Below, one piece after another: positions 56,030 through 64,000 of a DNA stretch of 64,000 nt. Within the stretch, counting starts at the first letter, position 1; each line of letters opens with the position of its first letter. The notes under the pieces were generated by a model. That model was not told the origin of the DNA and made no database searches. It saw only the letters and a program-made list of their open reading frames with translations. Where the stretch lies: assembly GCF_009914755.1 (NCBI RefSeq), contig NC_060932.1. One strand, 5' to 3'. Source of the stretch: the human T2T-CHM13v2.0 reference genome, Homo sapiens. The position numbers were made by a program, and so were the translations under genes.

Positions 56030-57420
56030 ACTATTTTAAAATCAATTTTTACTAAATTAATAACATAGAAATAAGAATTATAACAGAAAAAAGGATGCAA
56101 GTCATAAATGTGCCTTTCAGTGACTAATATAAGGTAAATGTATCCAGGCTAATAAATATAAACATTGCAGCATCCCAAAGCTCTCTTGGTAAGTCCTCTT
56201 AATTTCTCCTTTTGTATTCCTTAAGAGTACTCACTTATAACCCTATAGTTTATGGAATCAGCCAGTATGTATTCATTTTTGTCTTGCATATTCCTATCAT
56301 TATTCAGTTTATGGGATTTATCCTTGTTTGTGTCTGTAGTTCATTCATTTTCTTCTGTAGTTCATTGTATGAATGTTATAATTTAGTTATTGCTATGCAT
56401 TTGGAATATTTTCTGTTTGGGCTATTTTGAATAAACTATACTGAATATTGCTGTACAGGTCTTTTGGTGGAATATATGTGCAGTTCTGTATACCTTTGAG
56501 TGAAAATATGGGTCATAGAATGTATGTATATTTAACTTTAGTAGTTAAAGGCAATTTTCCAAATTAGTTTACTCCCACCAGCGGTAAGAGTTCTAATAGC
56601 CCCACATCTTCACCAACACATGGTTCTGTCAGTCTTTGTAATTACAGCCATTCTGGTACATGTGTAGAGTGGTACTTCATGGTTTTATTTTGCATGTCCC
56701 TGATGATCAGTTGCCATTTGGATGTCCTCTTTCGTGAAATGTTTTTCTCATTGGTTTGCATGACTTATTTCTTTAGTTTTTTGCTTATGAGCCCTTTTTT
56801 AGTTATATGTATAAGCAAATATGTATAACTTCTTACTTTTTTGCTCATATGATCTTGATGAATAGAAGTTCTGAAATGAAATGTGTTCAAATGCCTCAGT
56901 CATTTGTTTGTGTTTTTTGTGTTCTGTTTAAGAAATCTTTTGCTACTCACGGTCATAAAGAATTCTGTGTGTCTTCAGAATTTCTATTCTTTTACTTTTC
57001 GTATTTAATCCACAACCCATTTGGAATTGATTTATTTTTAATTTTTAATTTTTATTTTTTTAAGACAGAATCTGGTTCTGTTGCCCAGGCTGGAGTGCAG
57101 TGGCATGATCATGGCTCACTACACCCTCAACCACCCAGGTTGAGTTATCCTCCTGCCTCAGCCTCCCAACTAGCTGGTACTGTAGACGCATGTCACCGTG
57201 CTCGGCTAACTTTTAAATTTTTTGTAGAGATGAGGTCCAGCTGTATTGCACAGGCTGGTCTCAAACTCCTGGCCTCAAGTAATCCTCCTGTCTCAGCCTC
57301 CCAATGGAGTGCTAGGATTATAGGTGTGAGCCACCGCATCTGGCCTGGAATTGATTTTTATGTATGATGTGAAATAGGGGGTCCATTGCTCCCCATATGG
57401 ATATCCAGTGTTTCTGTCCA
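56030..57420 (-). mobile_element. Old L1ME-type fragment (antisense) in intron 10
   Basis: TTTACTCCCACCAGC, CCACATCTTCACCAACAC and ATATGGATATCCAG motifs; boundaries approximate. Confidence 0.72.
57034..57345 (-). mobile_element. AluJ (antisense) nested in L1
   Basis: Dimer with TSD TGGAATTGATTT on both sides. Confidence 0.92.
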
Positions 57421-59860
57421 TCTTTGTGTTCCATCATGAGTCCCGTCCATGGAAGCTAGTTCAATGTAGTAAAGAGAAGATTACAGATTTGAACCCATGT
57501 TGTCTGGGTTCAAATTTTGACTCTGATATAATTATTAGCTATGCAAACTTGGATAAATTACCTAACATCTCTTGCTGTATCTTTTCTTCTGCAAGATGGC
57601 CATAATGAAATATTCTGAGAATTAAAGAAATTAAAACATAAGTTATTATGTTTTTCCTTTTCCCTGTCTCTTCAGTGTGACAAGACCCCCTTGAGGTATA
57701 TTGAGATATAATTTACATGTAATCAAGTGCATATATTTTAAGTATACAGTCTGAGTTTTGACAAATGTGTACATCCCCTTACCAGCCCCCCACTCAAAAT
57801 AGCATTTCCATCACCCAAGAAACTTTCCTTCTGCCATTTTGCAGTCAACCTCATCCCCCACTGGGAGACAGACAAGCACTGATCTGATTTTTATCACCAA
57901 ACATTAGTTTTGCTTGTGCTATAACTTTGTATAAATGAGTTCATAGGTTATGTGCTCTTCTGTGTCTGGCTTCTTTCACTCAGCATGTTTTTGAGATTCA
58001 TTCATTTACAGTCCATTTCATTTTTCCTATTACTTTGTCTACCCATGTATTTTCCACAAATTATGTAAAGGTAAATTTAAGCCCAAGCAAGGTATCTCAG
58101 TTATTACAATGCATGAATCACTGACCTCTGAATTTGATAAGCAAGTTTTTATTGTTTGGTTGTTTTTGTGTTTTTTTCTGGTGAGTTTTCTTATAGATCT
58201 TACAGAGAATTATGAAAGATTTACTTAAGCAAAATCTAACTGTATGAAAACAAAAATACAGTATTTGTGAATAATGTAAAAGAGTATATAACTTTCAGAG
58301 AATGACATTCTTGATAACTAGGTAAATCTTTGGGATCTCAGTGAGAATTTCTTAATCATATCTAGGAATATAAACCGGTATAGAGTATATAATATTTCGT
58401 ATGTGATTTTTCTACGTATTTATAAATTAGGGAAAATTAGGTTTCAAGAACTGCTTTTCTTTCTTTGTTTCCACTTAATGATGAAACAGAATATGGCTAC
58501 TATTTGCTCTTCAATTAGGTAATTGGTTTAGCATGTTCAGTAGAAGCAGACACATTTGATTAATGCACATGAAAAACTTTAATGTGAACCTACTCACAAT
58601 GATTTTCCAGATAAATCCTTCTTTGTTGCACTGGTAAATCTGTGCTAGTGATTTATATGATATTTATGATTGCAGCAGTGATTCTGTTACTATCCTTTTG
58701 GGAAACAGAAAATTAAATCATGATTTGAGGGAAAAAATGATTCTGACTTAATCAGTTAAATTGCCATACAATTCTGGAATAGACAGAATAATTGCATGTC
58801 AGATTAAATTTGAAGTGATAGATTTGTATTTCCAACTTTCTTTTATTTGTTCTGACACAAGTAAATTTATTTGGTTTATTCTAAATTGCACTGGTTGTGA
58901 GTAATGTTGACACCATCTCAGCTGACTCTTTAAAATTAGCTAATTTTAAAAGATCACACTGTATTATTTTTATGTTTAAGTATAAACCAAGAAAAATACT
59001 GTATTTAAAAATACATGTTATGGTTTTAGCTCTACATAATTTTTTTTATTTTTACTTTGCTATTTAAAAGCAATTAGAATAAATGTTACGTGGTAATGTT
59101 ACTATGTGATGTCCTATTCTGTACCCCTCCCCCAACCCATAAAACTTTTTCTCAGAATTAGACCTTTAAGTATCTGATTAGGACCGTTCCTATTTATGTT
59201 TCATAAATGGTGGTAAATGAAAAAGCTTTCTGTTTCTGGTAAATCCTTGTGTAAGTGAATTTATTAACTGGATAACAGAAGTAATAAGCATGCCTCACAG
59301 CCTTTAGTCCTCAGGGGAAATTATAAAAAGACAAAATTTTAAATGTGATATTGCTGTTACCATATTTAACATATGAATTCCTTAAATTCGTGATGCCTTT
59401 TGAAAGGCAAGGTGATCTTGATTTTTATGAGAAGCTTTTTTTCTTTTTCCTCTGGCATTTCCCCTAGAAACATCCTTTATTTACTTTTTCAAATCAGGAT
59501 TCAGCTACAGAAACTAATCTAATGGTTTAGAGTGTAGGAAGTGAGGGAATCATAATGTTAAGCTGTAGCCAGAGGGGTCAGAGACAGGTTACCAATTCCT
59601 GAAGCTTGTTACTTCTATGATGTTACCTGTGTTTGATCACTTAATCTTTCTGAACAGGTCATGAGAAGTTTGCCAAATTAAGTTAATTACAGAAGACAAG
59701 AAACACATCATAAATCAAGTACTAAGTGCTTAAGACAGCATTGTTACTTGAAGAAATGATCATTCACTTGAAAATGTATTGAGTGGTTTGCTGTTAACTT
59801 GAAAACACTAGATGTTGCTAATACCAAGTATTTTAATCATATTTAACCAGGGAGAAAATG

Positions 59861-60030
59861 GGTAACATATATATATATAAAATATATACATAATATATAA
59901 TTAATATATATACATATATATAATATATATAGGTAACATATATATATAAAATATATACATAATATATAATTAATATATATACATATATATAATATATATA
60001 TGTATATATATACACACACACATACACACA
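59861..60030. repeat. AT-rich low-complexity tract with a 71-bp tandem duplication, ending in (CA)n
   Basis: The GGTAACATATAT... unit starts at 59861 and again at 59932. Confidence 0.92.
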
Positions 60031-60969
60031 CAATAAACTTTCTCCCATCTCCATCAAGGAACACTTACTTATCTAGTAAATCTTTTGTTTTAAATCAGAC
60101 TGATAAATGATGGGAATTGTCAGTCCAGTTAACAAACTCATTTTGAAATCAGCATGTGGTATTCAACAGTGTTTCCCTCCAGCGGTTATGTGTATGATAT
60201 TGAATTTAATATGCCATGAATTTGCTTTTAAATACACAAATATAGGGTATATTTTGTGTATATATTGATGTATTTATTTTGTTTTCATAGTAAAATCCAA
60301 TCCCAATTAGTTTTATAATGTAAATAAATTACAATTAATAAAGTAGAAATGCATATTTTAAAACATGTTTACATTGTTTTAATGTGTAGCATAGGTTTTT
60401 ACTTGACAGCTCTTTGCAGAACCATATCATTTAGTTAACTAATAAATCTGGAAACTTAAAAAAAATTATGAGCTACTTTAAATAATTTTAGAGAGTACTT
60501 GCAACTTTAAAACGTTTAGTGAAATAACTTGTATTTGTATTGTACCTTTGTTTGAAATTGTAAAAATCTGTTTAGACATCAGACAAGTGGAAGTGGTTCA
60601 CACTGCTACACTACATAAATATAAGCTAAATTGCATTTTAAAATTATACTTTTTATTTCATATTATTTTGGTCTGAATAAGATAGTTTCAAATACATGAT
60701 TTTATGGGTTATTATATTATGTAAACACTTAAACTGGCCAAGTGTGCAGTGAACTCTCTGTACACTTCAGCTGAAGGTAAGACCTTAAAGGAAAATGTCC
60801 TTAATACTCAAATTTTATTCTTATTGAAAAAGCAAAGAATATATTTGATTTCCTACTAGTGATAAAATAGTCAATGTTAAGGTTCATTAACAGTGTGAAG
60901 ATTGTCATTTTTAACCTGCCACTGAAATTGAGCCTAATTGAGCTTTTTTTTTTTTTTTTTTTTAATTAG

Positions 60970-61056
60970 TTTGCAGGTCGAAGTAAGAAGGAAACCAAAT
61001 ATTCTCTTAAGGCTGTCGAAGACATGTTGGAAACATTGCAGATCACCCAGTCTTAA
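60970..61056 (+). CDS. EMC2: EMC2 coding exon 11 (FAGRSKKETKYSLKAVEDMLETLQITQS*)
   Basis: Long T run then aattAG; TAA at 61054-61056; total CDS 894 nt = 297 aa. Confidence 0.97.
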   Translation, partial: FAGRSKKETKYSLKAVEDMLETLQITQS

Positions 61057-61375
61057 GGTTTCAAAAACTCTTTGACATTAGATTTCACAACTGCACAATT
61101 GAACTTATTGGCCTGTAACTTATTTACTAAATGCTCAGTGCTATTTATATACTACAGTAATTTTCTGTTAAGAAGGCAGTTGTAAAGAATGTGTTTATAT
61201 AAACCTAAAAATGCCTTTTACTGCTAAGTGGGGAGATGGGGGAAATCCATGGAAGAGAGATTTAAGACTTATTGATTGTACATCAGTCTCTTCATATCAC
61301 ATATACATGTATATATATAAAACTCTAATGTAGTATAACCTTGTTAAATAAACCATGATGATTTATTAAACTTGC
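61057..61375 (+). other. EMC2: EMC2 proximal 3' UTR
   Basis: Follows the stop codon; AU-rich with TGTA motifs, ending near the poly(A) signals. The end coordinate is approximate. Confidence 0.8.
61347..61370 (+). terminator. EMC2: Polyadenylation signals AATAAA (61347-61352) and ATTAAA (61365-61370)
   Basis: Canonical and variant hexamers ~290 nt after the stop; upstream UGUA motifs; downstream U/GU-rich sequence. Confidence 0.8.
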
Positions 61376-62624
61376 ATATGAAGATTCTAACTTCATTTTG
61401 TTATACTCACGGTGGATATATTGTTTAAGAACTCAGTTTCTAGTTAACTCCTTACTGGTGATAGCAAAGTCACAGCATATGTAGCTGACCGAAGCAGATT
61501 ATTTTGACTTTGTTTATATTGTCGAATTGGATTTTGCTGTACATTCCAGTGGGCTATTTGAATTGTTTTATCTGCTGTAATATCCTTCTGATGAATCTTG
61601 CTTAAAATATGTCATTCTCCAAAGTTCAGCAATATTTCTTTGTAAAATTTTTGTTTTGATATAGGACATAATTGAGATTTTTACATATAAAATGCCTTAA
61701 GATAAATATGTGTTACGACACTTTAACTTTTATGCAAGTTATATTTATTGAATCCTTTAATAGTAAATTACATGAAAGAATATTAAAGAATCATAAAGAG
61801 TAGGGATTAAAGGGGTTGTAGTTATTTTTAATTTTGAAAAAAATAAGAAAATTAAAACTATCCTTAGAAACAAAAATGTTAAAATTTTCCTATTCTATCA
61901 TTACCTTAGTTAGAATTTTTTATTTTTCTCTTTTCATAATAAACAACCATTATGCTACCTTCAACAGTATTTGACATGTTTCAACAAAATAGAAGAGACT
62001 TGAAAGTTAAATTTCATTTAGACACAAATCAGTTTTTAAAATAGCAACTGTTCACCGCAAATATTTATGGTATTTGTTTATAATAAATATATTTAAATTT
62101 ATTTTTACTAAAAATATACAGAGGCATCTACAGACTTGTCATTGCTGCTTTGGACAAGTGGGGATTGTGGAGGAATTGACAATCTAGAAGTGTTTAGAAA
62201 GAAAAGTATTGTCAATATCAGCTTCTTTTAACCTTTTGAATAGTTCTGCTAATAAATTATTCTCCATATCTAGTCTAATCTTTCATATTACAGTCATTTT
62301 CGTTTTATTCTGCCACGAGTAATAGGCAGCTGATTAATATATTCTGTGAAAGAACTCTTCTCATCTGAAGGTAATTCTCTACTAATCTTTATTACCACAA
62401 AGATCCCGTCTTTGTACACATGAAATTAGTAACTGCATTTTCAACATGATGAACCATTTGAAATTTACATTTTCTGTAAAGAAAATAGTGCCTGCACGTT
62501 GTTTCACTACCTTTTCCCCTTCAAACCTCCTCCCCGTCAGTCACTGGATTAGTGTTTACTCTAGCAATTATATTTGTGTAATAAGTAATTCAGTGCCTCT
62601 TATAGCTGTCTGCCTTAGTTTCAC

Positions 62625-62916
62625 TTTTTTTTTTTTTTTTTGAGACAGTCTCGTTCTGTCACCCAGGCTGGAGTGCAGTGACGTGATCGCAGCTCACTGC
62701 AACCTCCTCCCGGGTTCAAGCGATTCTTGTGCCTCAGCCTCTGAGTAGCTGGGACTACAGGCATGTGCCACCATGCCTGGCTAATTTTGTATTTTTAGTA
62801 GAGATGGGGTTTCACCATGTTGGCCAGGCTGGTCTGAAACTCCTGGCCTCAAGTGATCTACCCGCCTCAGCCTCCCGAAATGCTGGGATTACAGGCATGA
62901 GCCACTGAGCCTGGCC
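62625..62916 (-). mobile_element. Alu (antisense) downstream of the proximal poly(A) site
   Basis: Poly-T + full dimer; TSD AGT(T/A)TCACTTT. Confidence 0.93.
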
Positions 62917-64000
62917 AGTATCACTTTATTTTTTCAAAATTTTAATAACTTCTTTCCAAGATTTTATATTTGTTAAGCACATTGCCAATCCTTAGTTATT
63001 TATAAACTTCAACTTAAATGTACTGATAATCCCATTACAGCAGGCAGTTGCCTACAGCTATTACCTTTATTTCTTCTTTAGCAGTACCTTAGTTTGATCT
63101 GATAGTGGCAAGGATCCCTCTTCCTCAAAGAGATTAGGACCTTACCCCAACTCCAGAGGTTGCACCTTCATTGATCTGAAACAGAAGTGGTAGTTTAATT
63201 CTGTATAGTCTGATTAGTACGAGGCAGAACTTTTTGCAGTGAAGGAAATCAACCATCCGTTCTGTCTCTCTATTGTGGTAGCTACTAACCATATGTGATA
63301 TTGAGTACTTGATATGTGACTACTGCAATTGAGAAATTGAATGAAATGAACAGAACCCTACTGAGAAGGGCTTTCCTTTCAAATTAAAAAATCAGAGCTT
63401 TGTGTGGTAACAGTCATTGCCTCTTTCTCCTCTTTCTGGCCAACAGCATGCCTAAAGGTGCAGCTGCCATCAAACAACCATGAAACAGCAAATGTGAGAA
63501 TGAAAGTTACATTTCAGAGATAGAACTGAAGGAGGATTAAGGGGATCCTGGGTCCCTGATATGGCATTGTTGAACACCCAAATCAAGATGAGCAATTGCC
63601 AAACTCCCCAATTATTAAATGAGAAAAAATAAACTCCAGATTGTTTAAGACACTGTTTGGTTTCCTGTTACTTTAGCCATGTATGTTTCTGACTAATATA
63701 TCTGCTTATCTACTCTTCAACATTTTTTAAGTGTAAAACTCTTATTTTAGACATGTCAGGGATGCTATTTCAGAATCTAATCATTTAAAGCAAGGAGATA
63801 ATTCCATATAACGAAAGAAGTAATGTCTTAGTGCAGCTCAGCTCCTAGCATTCTAAGCCAACAGAGGTGAAAAGGGGACATATTTACACAGCTTAACCAT
63901 AAAAATAATACTGATTTGGGGGCACAAGAGGATGTAGAGAAAAATATAAAGGGAAGACCAGTATTTTAGTATGCTGCAAGCATATACTTCAACTTTTTAT

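Noticed and set aside
56807-57367. Longest ORF in the track (186 aa)
   Set aside because: Runs through T-rich antisense L1 and AluJ sequence; no coding hallmarks.
59833-60064. Tyr/Ile-rich ORFs
   Set aside because: Translation of (TA)n low-complexity sequence.

Overview
AT-rich primate genomic DNA, very probably human; the spliced protein matches human EMC2 as I remember it. The window holds the complete EMC2 gene (TTC35/KIAA0103, ER membrane protein complex subunit 2) on the + strand. It has a CpG-island promoter at ~17.85-18.55 kb and 11 coding exons from ATG 18140 to TAA 61056. All ten introns are GT-AG with consistent phases, giving 894 nt = 297 aa + stop, and poly(A) signals follow at ~61.35 kb. 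The rest is intergenic or intronic sequence rich in Alu, L1, L2, MIR, ERVL/MaLR LTRs (MLT2A, LTR16C, THE1, MLT1) and Tigger4 DNA transposons. Nearly all ORF-track entries are repeat-derived or spurious. I found no new protein-coding system. The most interesting observations are: (i) exons 2-3 and 2-5 are bracketed by inverted Alus and by inverted THE1 LTRs, a back-splicing/circRNA architecture; (ii) a ~1.3 kb antisense, 3'UTR-only retrocopy in intron 5; (iii) a compact promoter with a near-perfect ERSE, a perfect CLEAR palindrome and a YY1/TISU-like start codon; (iv) a competing 3' splice site in the last exon that would give an NMD-immune alternative C-terminus; (v) several small rearrangement scars. 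Repeat subfamily calls come from recalled consensus features and need RepeatMasker confirmation.
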